DNA of 64,000 nucleotides from a virus. Positions 30,330 through 40,371 of the stretch are shown piece after piece (positions within the stretch are counted from its first letter, which is position 1; each line of letters begins with the position of its first letter). The notes beneath the pieces were generated by a model, which was given only the letters and a program-made list of their open reading frames with translations, did no database searches and had not been told where the DNA came from. Made by a program: the position numbers and the translations under genes. The stretch covers positions 31,601-95,600 of the IMG/VR virus record IMGVR_UViG_3300009996_000006; one strand, 5' to 3'.

Positions 30330-31391
30330 TTAAGCGTAAACAGTTCCGTTCACGTGTACCTTGTGGATAGCGCCTGCAAGTGGTGCTTCAAAAGTAATAC
30401 CGTCAACTTCACGAGAGTTTCTTTTTGCTGATGAAAGAGATGTTGCATCTGGAACGTACACTTTGAATGGTGTATCATCAGATAGGATTCCAATCTCTCT
30501 AGCTTGAGCCAATACAGCTCTAACTTCGACAGCAATTTTCTCTAACCCTTTATTTGTGTAAGGGATTTTCCCTGAGTTAATTAACACTCCGAAGATACGC
30601 TCTGAAAGTCTAGCGTCAAGCCAGCATGTCGCGTACATAATGTCTACCCACTCACCAAAACCAACTTTAGATGCACCCATTACTAGATCTTTCTTATGTA
30701 CAGTTGTGTAGAATGTGTAATTCTTTTCTTCAAGAGTTAGTTTCATGTCTGTGCTAATTGTGTCAGCAACAATACCCTTAACTGTTTTGTATAGAACAAT
30801 TTCAGTTCCAGCTTCGGCTGGGGCATATGTACCAATCAATCCCGCTTCTGGGAATACTGAGTTATCACCCTTATAGAAAGCCCATGTTCTTTCAAGGTTG
30901 TTATCAGCAATTAATGCACCAATGTCTGTTTTATCATCTTCATCTACAGCCTTATTCTCAAGAACATTACATTCAGCATCGAATAGAGGTTGGTAGCAAG
31001 TTAGATAGATTTTGTTTGTTGTTTCGATGTAACGAGCTAAAGCAAGTTGTTCATCAGCAACTCTAGATTCACAAATCACTGTCAACCACTGATCATCAGA
31101 ACCAAGAACCTCTCTCATACCTTCGGCATAAGTTTCACCTTCAAACACATTACCAACAATGATCTTGTCAAGTTTTGGATTCTGTGAGAAGATTAATTCA
31201 GCACCTAGATAAGCGTTATCTGTTGCAACGAAACCATAATCAATCATTTCATCAACGCTTGAGAATGTAACGGCACGATCTTCTGAAACAGTATGTCTAA
31301 CTAAGATTAATACTGTATTTAGATCAGAAACAGAAACCTGAGATGTTGCTCTTTTAATAGAAATCTTTACGATTTCATTAAGTTTTAACAT
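30330..31391 (-). CDS. Tail sheath protein (DUF3383-like)
   Basis: FSQNP, KIPYT..G, LAGAIH.V.V.G. Confidence 0.85.
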   Translation of the reverse strand: MLKLNEIVKISIKRATSQVSVSDLNTVLILVRHTVSEDRAVTFSSVDEMIDYGFVATDNAYLGAELIFSQNPKLDKIIVGNVFEGETYAEGMREVLGSDDQWLTVICESRVADEQLALARYIETTNKIYLTCYQPLFDAECNVLENKAVDEDDKTDIGALIADNNLERTWAFYKGDNSVFPEAGLIGTYAPAEAGTEIVLYKTVKGIVADTISTDMKLTLEEKNYTFYTTVHKKDLVMGASKVGFGEWVDIMYATCWLDARLSERIFGVLINSGKIPYTNKGLEKIAVEVRAVLAQAREIGILSDDTPFKVYVPDATSLSSAKRNSREVDGITFEAPLAGAIHKVHVNGTVYA

Positions 31392-31410
31392 TTATATTTC
31401 CTTTAAATTA

Positions 31411-33006
31411 TTAGAAGGTTGCTAAGATAGTGGCTTTTATTACACCATCGTAGTTGAACACCTTAACCAAATGATCTTTTTCCGCAGTTAAGGAAAATCC
31501 ATCACTCAGGGTTATTGAGTCAAAAGTTATTGTGAAAGTGCTTGGGTTAATTAAGGCTTCTGTTGATTGACCAACAGTTAGATCACTTGTAATTGTTGTG
31601 TTCTCTGTAGCGGTAATAACGTTTACTTTATTGTTTGTAATTATTGTTGTTGAAACTACTTCAACATTTGGTTTGAAGTTGGTAGCATCTTCCTTTAATG
31701 CAACAAGCCCTGTAGAACCCAAATATCCAAGCTCTGTAGGCGCTGTTCCTTCACCGTTGATGTATGACACCACCTTGATGTAAACACCGCTAGAATCGAC
31801 TTCTGTGGCTAATAGAGGGGTATATCCTTTATCACCAGTCAATCCTGTTTCACCAGTTAATCCTGTATCACCCTTTAATGACGCAAGCCATTCTACTTCT
31901 GTTCCAACAAATCCATTTGCTGTTGCTACATCGTATGCAGATAATCCTTCATAACCACGAATGTTAATTGCTGTGTCAGTGGTTGGAACTAAGCCAGTTG
32001 AAGATAGATAACCAGTTTCAGTTGGTTTAGTTCCTTCCCCACCAGCCCAATCTACAATCTTAATGAATACATCATCACTAACCTCTTCGATTTGATATAA
32101 CGGATACCAAGCTTTATCGCCCTTTAAACCTCTAAAGTTTGTTGGATCTCCTGTGACTTCATCACTCATATAATCACCAACAGGCGGTTTAACTCCTTCA
32201 CCACCGAACCAGTCACCGATTTTAATGAAGATGTCTGCACCAACAGTTTCAGTTACTAAGTTTGGAGACCAAGCGTTATCACCTTCAAGACTTTCAATCC
32301 ATTCATCAAGTGTACCAACGAATCCGTTTTCAACAGCAAGCTCATACGCATCTTGGTGAGTAATCTCATTTAACCATTGTGTTAGAGTTCCTGTGTATCC
32401 GTCCTGAACAGCTAATTGATAGTTGTCTTTACCAATTTGTGTTAGTAGCCATTCTGCCTCTGTTCCTGTGTATCCGTTACGTCTTGCGATTTGATAGTTA
32501 GATTCACCATTTGTTCCAGAAGCACCACGATCACCCTGAATACCTTGATCACCTTGACTACCCTTCACGTTAGATTGATAATCGATGTTTTCTGATAGTC
32601 CACCACGAGTAATATAACCAACAGCGCTAGGCTTATCGCCCTCACCACCAGTCCAGTCGTAAACGTAAAGGAATTGACCTTCTGGTAATACTTCTGTACG
32701 AATTAATGGCGACCATCCATGATCACCTTGCTCACCGTCTAAACCTTGTACACCAGCTACACCAGCGTCTCCCTTATCTCCTTTATCACCCTTCTCACCA
32801 CGGATACCCTGAATACCTTGAATACCCTGAGCACCTGTAGCACCTGTGTCACCTTTCTGACCTCTTAGGTTTGGAACGATGTCTTCATAAAGAGACTTTC
32901 TTGTAATTTTCTTTAATTTACCGTTATCTAAAATTAGAAATGCATCACCATCACTAAAATCAGCAAGAATTAAAAACGGTAAATCGTTAGCATTAATAGT
33001 TAACAT
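31411..33006 (-). CDS. Collagen-like repeat fiber protein (neck/head fiber)
   Basis: Gly-X-Y runs; SAY..A..NGF.GT..EWL repeats; W.P...D..GGEG.KP repeats. Confidence 0.75.
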   Translation of the reverse strand: MLTINANDLPFLILADFSDGDAFLILDNGKLKKITRKSLYEDIVPNLRGQKGDTGATGAQGIQGIQGIRGEKGDKGDKGDAGVAGVQGLDGEQGDHGWSPLIRTEVLPEGQFLYVYDWTGGEGDKPSAVGYITRGGLSENIDYQSNVKGSQGDQGIQGDRGASGTNGESNYQIARRNGYTGTEAEWLLTQIGKDNYQLAVQDGYTGTLTQWLNEITHQDAYELAVENGFVGTLDEWIESLEGDNAWSPNLVTETVGADIFIKIGDWFGGEGVKPPVGDYMSDEVTGDPTNFRGLKGDKAWYPLYQIEEVSDDVFIKIVDWAGGEGTKPTETGYLSSTGLVPTTDTAINIRGYEGLSAYDVATANGFVGTEVEWLASLKGDTGLTGETGLTGDKGYTPLLATEVDSSGVYIKVVSYINGEGTAPTELGYLGSTGLVALKEDATNFKPNVEVVSTTIITNNKVNVITATENTTITSDLTVGQSTEALINPSTFTITFDSITLSDGFSLTAEKDHLVKVFNYDGVIKATILATF

Positions 33007-33503
33007 TAACCACCTATATCATAATCATCTTGTCTTATTTCCAGATCACCATGAATCGTTACTACGTCAATAACATCAATAGCAAATGAATCACTCTCTT
33101 CTGAGGCAATCACAATATCCACAATGTATTTCATGTACATATCTGTATCTTTCAGAATTGGAACTGTCACAATATCTTCGACTCTCAATAGGCTGATACC
33201 TTGTTCTTTTAGAGCCAATCTTGCTTGGAAGCTTTGTAGGTAATTGTGAATGTGTCTGGCATGTTCGTGTGCTTTACTTCGCATTAATCCGTTGTAAGAA
33301 AGCGACACTTTATATTTGTAGATCGTACTGATAATTTCAGTAGTTTCATCATTTGTGTAAACAGGTAGTCCAGCAAAAGTATCACCAATTGCAAACACCT
33401 CACAGAACACATGAGCTGGCATTGGATTATTTTGATAAGCAACAATAAAAGTTACATCTGGTTGAGCTTGTTGCATTGCAATAATTAGTCGTTGTTCAAC
33501 CAT
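33006..33503 (-). CDS. Neck/tail terminator protein
   Basis: Synteny; QNNP.P. Confidence 0.6.
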   Translation of the reverse strand: MVEQRLIIAMQQAQPDVTFIVAYQNNPMPAHVFCEVFAIGDTFAGLPVYTNDETTEIISTIYKYKVSLSYNGLMRSKAHEHARHIHNYLQSFQARLALKEQGISLLRVEDIVTVPILKDTDMYMKYIVDIVIASEESDSFAIDVIDVVTIHGDLEIRQDDYDIGG

Positions 33504-33895
33504 GTACTAACCTCAATTATTCTTTTTCTCTGACTTTCTGTTAATCGGATTGCAACACCTTCTGTATGTGCAAGTGTTTCATTGGCGAAGTATTTAGAGC
33601 CTTTAACTTCCCATAGAGCATCGTCATAATCGATTAAGTCTGGTTTAATTAAATCGGTTGTGTCACCAGATTGAGCCATGAAAATACGTTCGTGCATCGA
33701 GAACCAAATAGCTTCTTTAGATCTCTCACCTTCTGGTAAATAGAACATCCTGTTCGATTCTGTAGCTGGTTGAATATTACCAATGATAGTTAGTAGCTCT
33801 AACGCACCATCGACATACAAACCATTAACAATTGTTCCAGCATGTTGCCTGATAACCTTTCTTGGTTTCTTACCAATCTTTGTTCTTTTTCTCAT
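33485..33895 (-). CDS. Head closure protein
   Basis: IQP...LPEGER. Confidence 0.7.
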   Translation of the reverse strand: MRKRTKIGKKPRKVIRQHAGTIVNGLYVDGALELLTIIGNIQPATESNRMFYLPEGERSKEAIWFSMHERIFMAQSGDTTDLIKPDLIDYDDALWEVKGSKYFANETLAHTEGVAIRLTESQRKRIIEVSTWLNND

Positions 33896-34419
33896 TATCT
33901 ATCCTTGACTCTAGAAATATTAGTTCGATAGACTTTGTAACCAATGTTGCTCATTAGCACACCAGTATCAACCCATTGAACAGAGTGACCTTTAATCTCA
34001 ATTGTCTTATCATGCAATGGTTTCTTATTCTGTCTTTGGATACTTTTAACGATGTCCAAAGATGCTAATCTAGCTTGATCTTCAAGAGCTTGATCTACTG
34101 ATTTATTATGTAAAACATCTCTAAAGATTTTAGTTGCATCATTTAGTAGTCTTGATTCTGTTGCCATTAAAGCTTGTCTAAAATAAGGTCTGGCTGGAAT
34201 TGTTGTAAACTCAGTTGAAGTTTTGGATTTTGATAATCCACCATATTCATTAATTCTTGCAATTTCAGCAATCTTAATTCCGCCACGACTAGCCACATCT
34301 GTAGCAGGGTAGACATTTTCATTAATCCATCCCCACTCTGTATGAGTGTTGTGTAGTTTCTTTAGATTCTTTTTGATGTCTTTCATTACTGAATCATCAA
34401 AGTCGATTTTGAGATGCAT
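33895..34419 (-). CDS. Neck/tail completion protein
   Basis: A.INEYG, IPARPYF, T...KG.....DTG. Confidence 0.7.
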   Translation of the reverse strand: MHLKIDFDDSVMKDIKKNLKKLHNTHTEWGWINENVYPATDVASRGGIKIAEIARINEYGGLSKSKTSTEFTTIPARPYFRQALMATESRLLNDATKIFRDVLHNKSVDQALEDQARLASLDIVKSIQRQNKKPLHDKTIEIKGHSVQWVDTGVLMSNIGYKVYRTNISRVKDR

Positions 34420-34895
34420 TAGAAACCTCGCTTATTTCTCTCTTCTGGATTAGATAATCCAAATTGATCTTGCTTTCGATAGTTTCTTGATGATGGTTGT
34501 CTTGAGTGATAACCTTTGAAGAAGATAGAATCGATAAAGTCTGGATTGTTCTCGTAATATTCAACAATCTCTCTATCAACACCACCAACATAGATGATTG
34601 GACAAATACCAGCAAAATTAATATCTTTAACCTTCATCTCTAAGAACTTTTTATAGTTAGCAAATTCTTCACTACCATATCGTTCTTCTTGACCTGAGCG
34701 TTCTCTAACACCTGATGTTAATGATGCCAAGATAGCCATTCCGATTTCTTTTTTTAATCTTTTTGGTTTGTTTGCATAGTTACTGATATAGTAATCGTAT
34801 GCCTCATTTGAAATTCTTGGGAAGTCTGGATCAATGTCACCAAACTCTAGTCTTAATGCGTCAATTAGATTATTGAATGGATCATTTGTATACAT
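34419..34895 (-). CDS. Head-tail adaptor
   Basis: LRL..GD N-terminus; follows capsid gene. Confidence 0.65.
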   Translation of the reverse strand: MYTNDPFNNLIDALRLEFGDIDPDFPRISNEAYDYYISNYANKPKRLKKEIGMAILASLTSGVRERSGQEERYGSEEFANYKKFLEMKVKDINFAGICPIIYVGGVDREIVEYYENNPDFIDSIFFKGYHSRQPSSRNYRKQDQFGLSNPEERNKRGF

Positions 34896-34947
34896 TTAAT
34901 TTCCTTCTCATTGATTAATATACTTTTGTTATTCTGTATACTAATAA

Positions 34948-34970
34948 ATGAGAAGCATTTCTGCTTCTCA
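34948..34970 (-). terminator. Hairpin terminator after major capsid gene
   Basis: TGAGAAGCA-GAAA-TGCTTCTCA. Confidence 0.6.
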
Positions 34971-34981
34971 CCGTCCTAGAA

Positions 34982-36058
34982 TTACAGTGTGAATGTAATT
35001 TCTACAGCTAGTTCAGGCTGTTTCATGAAGTACACACCGTTGAACTCTAAGTACAACTCAAGGTGAGTATCATCAACAACTGGTGTTCTCCAACCGTAAA
35101 GCTCTTGACCAGTTTTACCTAAGTTAGATAGGTACGGTGCTGGTGTGAACTTCGTTTGGTATAGATCATCAACACCGTGAACGATTACAAGACCTTTTCC
35201 AGCCTCGATTGCGTCCGCTGTTGTACGATCCCAACGTGTGAACTTCTGTGGGTATGTTGAGAAAGTGAATCCCAACACGTTGAACGATTGGGTTAAACCA
35301 AACGTATTGCGGTTTTTCTCATTAACCTTACCATTTAAGATAGGGTTATTGATGTACGCTAAACCGTTACCGTAAAGAGCTGACTCGTAGAAGTTTAATA
35401 GCTCTGGGTGTCCAGTAAGTTTAGTGAACACATCTTCTGCCACAATGATCTCAACGCTTTGGATGTTTCCACCTGTTACGTTGGTTTCGATTAACAAGTT
35501 TTGAAGCTCTGTTAATTTCGCTAAAAGACCTGTTGGTGCAGTTAGATCCATTGTGAATGTTGTTTTTGTTTTACCAGTGATGGTAAACATATCAACACGC
35601 GCTGAACCGTCAAGAGGATCACACATGATACCTTTCGCAGCCGTTAACGCCATGTATTCCATGTTCTTGTTAGCAACATCGTAAAGACCTTTTTGTTTCT
35701 TAGCGATTACGTCAACAAGTTTGTCTTCGTCGAAGTTTTTCCAATCGGTGATGATGTTCGCAATGTCATCATACTGAACAGCGTCAGTTAAACCGAAGTA
35801 AACACTTCCAAGAGCGTATTGCTCATTTTGACCGTGTACGATCTTGAAACGCTCTTTCTCAGTCATTGTACCAAGACCAGTCATCGCTAACTGATTTGCT
35901 GGTTCAACCTCGAAGATGTGGTGACGAGATGCAATACCCTCTTTGTCAAAAAGACCAGAGTGGTTAATACGTCCGAACTGTGGTGTATACTCTACAAGAG
36001 TAGAACCCATGTCGATTAACTTACTACGGTCAATTGGGTTTACAATTAATTTAGCCAT
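34982..36058 (-). CDS. Major capsid protein (capsid E-like)
   Basis: Size, position, EYMAL.A.KG...D..G...DMF. Confidence 0.85.
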   Translation of the reverse strand: MAKLIVNPIDRSKLIDMGSTLVEYTPQFGRINHSGLFDKEGIASRHHIFEVEPANQLAMTGLGTMTEKERFKIVHGQNEQYALGSVYFGLTDAVQYDDIANIITDWKNFDEDKLVDVIAKKQKGLYDVANKNMEYMALTAAKGIMCDPLDGSARVDMFTITGKTKTTFTMDLTAPTGLLAKLTELQNLLIETNVTGGNIQSVEIIVAEDVFTKLTGHPELLNFYESALYGNGLAYINNPILNGKVNEKNRNTFGLTQSFNVLGFTFSTYPQKFTRWDRTTADAIEAGKGLVIVHGVDDLYQTKFTPAPYLSNLGKTGQELYGWRTPVVDDTHLELYLEFNGVYFMKQPELAVEITFTL

Positions 36059-36086
36059 TGTTTAAATAATTCCTTTTTATTATCTA

Positions 36087-36566
36087 TTAAACTGGAAGTT
36101 TTTGTTGTTTGATGAACTTCATGCGTAATGTTTGTTCTACATACGCTCTGAACTCTGCCTGTACTGTGCCACTTAGTGACCAGAAATCAGTTCCAGCAAA
36201 GTCAAGGTATGTTGGGCTGATTGCACCAGAACCATCACCACGAGTGATCAATGTCACTTTTACTGTTGCACCATCAAGGTCATGTGATGCCACTAGACGT
36301 TCAAAGTGTGTAGGATCTACAAGAACATCTCGTCCGAAGAAAATCCCTAGTTTGTTTTCTGGAACTACAGGAGCACCAGTTGCGTTCAATGTACCTGTTA
36401 GAGCAACTGGATCGTACTCAATAACAGAACCAACACGAGCCACTTGGTCAGCGGTTAATGTAAGTGTGATTGTTGTACGAGCATAACCCGCTGGGTTACT
36501 TGGCTCTGCTTGGAACACTTGAGAAGGTGTAACAACGCGGTGCTTTGAATTAAGATCAAATCTCAT
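36087..36566 (-). CDS. Head decoration protein
   Basis: Position between protease and MCP. Confidence 0.6.
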   Translation of the reverse strand: MRFDLNSKHRVVTPSQVFQAEPSNPAGYARTTITLTLTADQVARVGSVIEYDPVALTGTLNATGAPVVPENKLGIFFGRDVLVDPTHFERLVASHDLDGATVKVTLITRGDGSGAISPTYLDFAGTDFWSLSGTVQAEFRAYVEQTLRMKFIKQQKLPV

Positions 36567-36585
36567 AATTTAATTATTTCCTTTA

Positions 36586-37977
36586 TTAAGCGTTTTTAGC
36601 TTGTTGTAATTTAAGCTTGATTTTGTCTTCGATTGTCATACGTGGTTGTTCTTGACCAGCACCAGTGCCAGCTTCTTCGAACTTCTCTTCTTTCGCTTTG
36701 AAAGTTGTTTCGTATGATCCAAGAACAATTGCAAATGCTGAGTCGTCTAGTCCTGCTGTAGCAGTTAAGATTGAATCTAGCTGTTCGTTCTCTTTACCAA
36801 TAGCTTCTTCTAATTTTGCTTTACGTGTAGCAATTAAAGCATCTGCCTTTGTTGATAAGATCTCATCTTCAAGTTCTGCAATACGGCTGTTAGCTAATTG
36901 TAAACTTTCAGTTGTTGTTGATAATGTTGTTGTAAGTTCTTCAACCGAATCAGCTTTAGCTTGAAGCGCTGATAGGTCTGCTAAAGAAACTACAGTTTCA
37001 AGTTCAGCATTTAACTCGATTGTCTTAATACCGTTTTCTTGATCTGTTTTATCCATATTTTCCTCTAATTGTAGTTTTTGAGTTGAACTGTTTGTTTGTT
37101 GCAAAGATGGAAGATAGTCATCAAAGAACTCGTCAACCTCCATTAATTTATCAACAAACCCAATTGCAACTGCTTCATCAGCGTCATAAGTTGAGGCTTG
37201 TGTCTTTACAACATCTACTTCTTGCATACCGCGATTGACAGCAACAAGGTTAGTAAATCTTTTATATGTTTTATTGATTGATGATTGAATGTTAGTTAGG
37301 AACTCTTTGTCCCACTCTCCATTTTCATCAAATGGGATTTTGTTATCACCAGCGTAAACAAATGTTCTTGAGTAGCCAGCTTTTTCTAATGCTTTTGAGT
37401 TATTCATTAACTGAACAACAACACCAACACTTCCAACTGTCGATTGTGGATTTGCTACAATCTCATGAGCCGACGAAGCTAAAGCATATCCCGCTGAGCA
37501 AGCATAACCGTCAACATAGGCAATCAATTTGATTCCAGCGTCATCAGCCATTTTTCTCATCTTGGTAGCTGTTGCAAAACATCCGTATGCTTCACCACCA
37601 CCAGTGTCAAGAAGTAATACAACCTCTTTAGCACCTAACTCAATCTGCTTGGTTAATTGTGTGCGGATACCTTCATAAGAAGTTAGTTCAACACATGCTT
37701 GAACCTGACCAGCTCGGTTAACGAGAGTTCCTTCAATCTTGATTAAACCTTGCATTGTCGCGGGGTTAATACCAGCTTGTTTCATTTGGTATTGTTTGTA
37801 TTCTTCATCTTTCTCGAAGTCCGATCTTGCTAAAATCTTAGCTTCCTCAACAGGTTTAAAGTCTGTTCTTTGAGGATTGATCATATAATCCACAATAGGC
37901 TGAAAATCATCAGCCATAATTAATTGTGGAGTATTAAAGACTTTCTTTTTAAGATTTAGTAATTCTCTACTAGACAA
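36586..37977 (-). CDS. Prohead protease (peptidase S49) with C-terminal scaffold
   Basis: DTGGG, ACSAGY, GSVGV; coiled-coil C-terminus. Confidence 0.88.
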   Translation of the reverse strand: MSSRELLNLKKKVFNTPQLIMADDFQPIVDYMINPQRTDFKPVEEAKILARSDFEKDEEYKQYQMKQAGINPATMQGLIKIEGTLVNRAGQVQACVELTSYEGIRTQLTKQIELGAKEVVLLLDTGGGEAYGCFATATKMRKMADDAGIKLIAYVDGYACSAGYALASSAHEIVANPQSTVGSVGVVVQLMNNSKALEKAGYSRTFVYAGDNKIPFDENGEWDKEFLTNIQSSINKTYKRFTNLVAVNRGMQEVDVVKTQASTYDADEAVAIGFVDKLMEVDEFFDDYLPSLQQTNSSTQKLQLEENMDKTDQENGIKTIELNAELETVVSLADLSALQAKADSVEELTTTLSTTTESLQLANSRIAELEDEILSTKADALIATRKAKLEEAIGKENEQLDSILTATAGLDDSAFAIVLGSYETTFKAKEEKFEEAGTGAGQEQPRMTIEDKIKLKLQQAKNA

Positions 37978-37988
37978 AAAGAATCTCC

Positions 37989-39431
37989 TTATTTATTTGA
38001 TAGATTGTCTGCTGAATTGTCTTTTTCAGGAGCTTTATCACCTGTTCCATTTAAACCACCAGACTTAGATGAATACCCATCACCGCTTCGACTGTCATCA
38101 TCCTCTTCAACACGAAGGATTTCATCAATCTCTTCAACTGTAGCATCGGATGCAAATCTGAATGGTAATCCCATGATCTCAGCAATAACGTTTAAGTTAT
38201 CTGGTGTCTTAGCAATGTTCTTAGTAGCCGACAACTGTTGAATCGCTTTGGCAAAGTCTGCCATGTTAACTTCTTTAAGAGATCCGTATTTCAACTTAGG
38301 TGTCTTTGTAATATCCCAACCATTTAGTTCCCAAAGCTCAGGAATTAAATCGCGGTTAATTACTTCAAAGATGTCCTTGACACAACTCTCAACAAGCATG
38401 TTTAGAAGTGAACCATTACCTTCATCGTTAAGATCGTTGAAGAATAAGTCTTTCATTTCTTTCTTCAATCTAGCAACAATGGCTGAAATAGAAGTCACGT
38501 TTGATGACGATGCTTGTAATAGTTTAAGATCAAATAATGGATTACCTAGATCATCTCTTTCAGAAGGAAGAACGAATGATGATTGCTCACCAATACCAAC
38601 CTTCGTAATACCTGAAATGATAGAATCTCTTGTTTCAATCTCATCAACATCAGCTTCATCAGATAAGAATCTTGCTGGTAATGTTGCCAGAGGTAAACCG
38701 TTTAAGTTCTTACTCATAGCTACATATTCAAGATCTTGAATCTTTTGAAGATCTCTCCAAGTCTGATAACAGCTAACTAATGGTGATCGACCATATGGAA
38801 GCCCTGTTGTATTGTCTGTAACAAATAACAACATTCTGTCTTTTGGAATGAAGATTTCTGAATTGTTTTTAGTGTCTTTAAGTGGGATTCTTTGTTGTGC
38901 TTGTCCATTAATTGAAAAATGAACATTTCCTTGCACTACACCAGTAAAATCACGTTGATCGTCTGATAATCTAAATTCTGAGATTGTGTGTTGAGGTCGG
39001 AAGGCAAGTTTCTTGATACCAATCTTGTTGTCATCAAATTTACTACCTCTTTTTCTTCTTCTGTATCTAAACACTTTCTCAGCAACAGACCATCCATAAA
39101 TCCTGAATGTCATAGCCTGTTTAATGAAGTCTGAAAAACTATGATCCATGTCATTTAGACAAGACTCAAGGAATTGTTTTCTCTTCTTGTGTGTATCTGT
39201 TTCATCGTAAGATTCAATGAAAATCGGGATTCGTGAGCTAACAACTTGAATAGCACTAATGGCAGAAGCGATTGTGATGTCGTCTGACATATCTCTAAAT
39301 GTTTCAATACATTTAGGGAACTCTAAGTCTTTTGAGATGTCAGCAAACAATTGAGACTTTGGTTTATAGTTTCCTACGCTACCAATCTCTTTTGGGATAG
39401 CAATCTTATCCTTGAATGTCACTTTCGCCAC
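37989..39431 (-). CDS. Portal protein
   Basis: YGWSVAEKV, PYGRSPL..CY, INRDLIP.L..LNG. Confidence 0.85.
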   Translation of the reverse strand: MAKVTFKDKIAIPKEIGSVGNYKPKSQLFADISKDLEFPKCIETFRDMSDDITIASAISAIQVVSSRIPIFIESYDETDTHKKRKQFLESCLNDMDHSFSDFIKQAMTFRIYGWSVAEKVFRYRRRKRGSKFDDNKIGIKKLAFRPQHTISEFRLSDDQRDFTGVVQGNVHFSINGQAQQRIPLKDTKNNSEIFIPKDRMLLFVTDNTTGLPYGRSPLVSCYQTWRDLQKIQDLEYVAMSKNLNGLPLATLPARFLSDEADVDEIETRDSIISGITKVGIGEQSSFVLPSERDDLGNPLFDLKLLQASSSNVTSISAIVARLKKEMKDLFFNDLNDEGNGSLLNMLVESCVKDIFEVINRDLIPELWELNGWDITKTPKLKYGSLKEVNMADFAKAIQQLSATKNIAKTPDNLNVIAEIMGLPFRFASDATVEEIDEILRVEEDDDSRSGDGYSSKSGGLNGTGDKAPEKDNSADNLSNK

Positions 39432-39434
39432 TAA

Positions 39435-39527
39435 TTACCTCTCTATTCTTAATAACTTACCATTAAATTTAGGTAACTCTTTTGTTGTTGCTAATAGGTT
39501 AAACGCATCGGATGTAGCATCGACCAT
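39435..39527 (-). CDS. Terminase large subunit, exon 2 (MVDATSDAF..., 30 aa)
   Basis: Completes the HDD-MVDA nuclease motif after splicing. Confidence 0.9.
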   Translation of the reverse strand: MVDATSDAFNLLATTKELPKFNGKLLRIER

Positions 39528-40371
39528 CATTCATGTTAACAAAGGGTCGTTAACCCTTCGCCAAATCTCTTTCGTAAATTTTGTTTTCTGGTTTATTTCT
39601 ACCATATCTTGAATCCCAAGCTCTCGCATTAACTGCACCTAAGCTTTTGTTTTCAAATTCTGTAATAAACTTACAAGTTGATAAGCTATAAACAGTACCA
39701 TCACCATTCACGTCTTTATCTAGTTGATACTTACAACCTTCACCGTTGTAATTCAACCACTTGTCAAAATTCTCTAACTTAGGTAAATCTTCAAGAAATG
39801 TGGCTAGACAATGCCATCGTGGTTCAACAACCACAGCACCTTTATATCCTTTTGTGTCTTTTTCTGAATAACATCTTTTCAGCATGTTTCTCCAGAGTTG
39901 TCCACCTTTGATATAATAATCAATATTAGGATTTCTAAATCCTAAATAACCAACATTGTAAATTGAAATTTCGTACTCATCTTTAACTTTACCTTTAAGT
40001 AAATTCTCAACATAAACCTCTTTAGTGGTTCCAGTGTTGATAAAAGTGATAACGACTTTTCTACCAGAGATAACCTTCACAACTCTACACTGGTGTCCAG
40101 AGTTACTTGTGAATAAATCACCTTGTTTCATAGAGATTCCTCCATAATTAATATTTGAGATTTGCTGCATATCACTATGCAGATCAGACTATATCTTCAC
40201 TCAATAGAGTGCCTACCATTTCGAATCCACTTGGACTCTACTCCCGTACATTCATCGGGGATAGTCGTTACACGTTCTCAATCTAAATTGAGCTTCGCTC
40301 GGTATTGTCTGTGAATATAAACTCACAGAGTTTCACCGAATTAGATAGGTTTATTGACGACTATGGTTTTA
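39528..40371 (-). mobile_element. Group I intron (844 nt) in terminase large subunit
   Basis: P1 GACGAU/GUCGUC, P10 ACCAU/AUGGU, P (AAUUCGGUGAAA), Q (AAUACCGAGC), R (AACGACUA), S (AAGAUAUAGUC), terminal G. Confidence 0.92.
39550..40131 (-). CDS. Intron-encoded HNH-family homing endonuclease
   Basis: GGAGG RBS before ATG 40131; WRNMLKRCY, RWH, LDKD, YS..TC.F....EN. Confidence 0.8.
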   Translation of the reverse strand: MKQGDLFTSNSGHQCRVVKVISGRKVVITFINTGTTKEVYVENLLKGKVKDEYEISIYNVGYLGFRNPNIDYYIKGGQLWRNMLKRCYSEKDTKGYKGAVVVEPRWHCLATFLEDLPKLENFDKWLNYNGEGCKYQLDKDVNGDGTVYSLSTCKFITEFENKSLGAVNARAWDSRYGRNKPENKIYERDLAKG

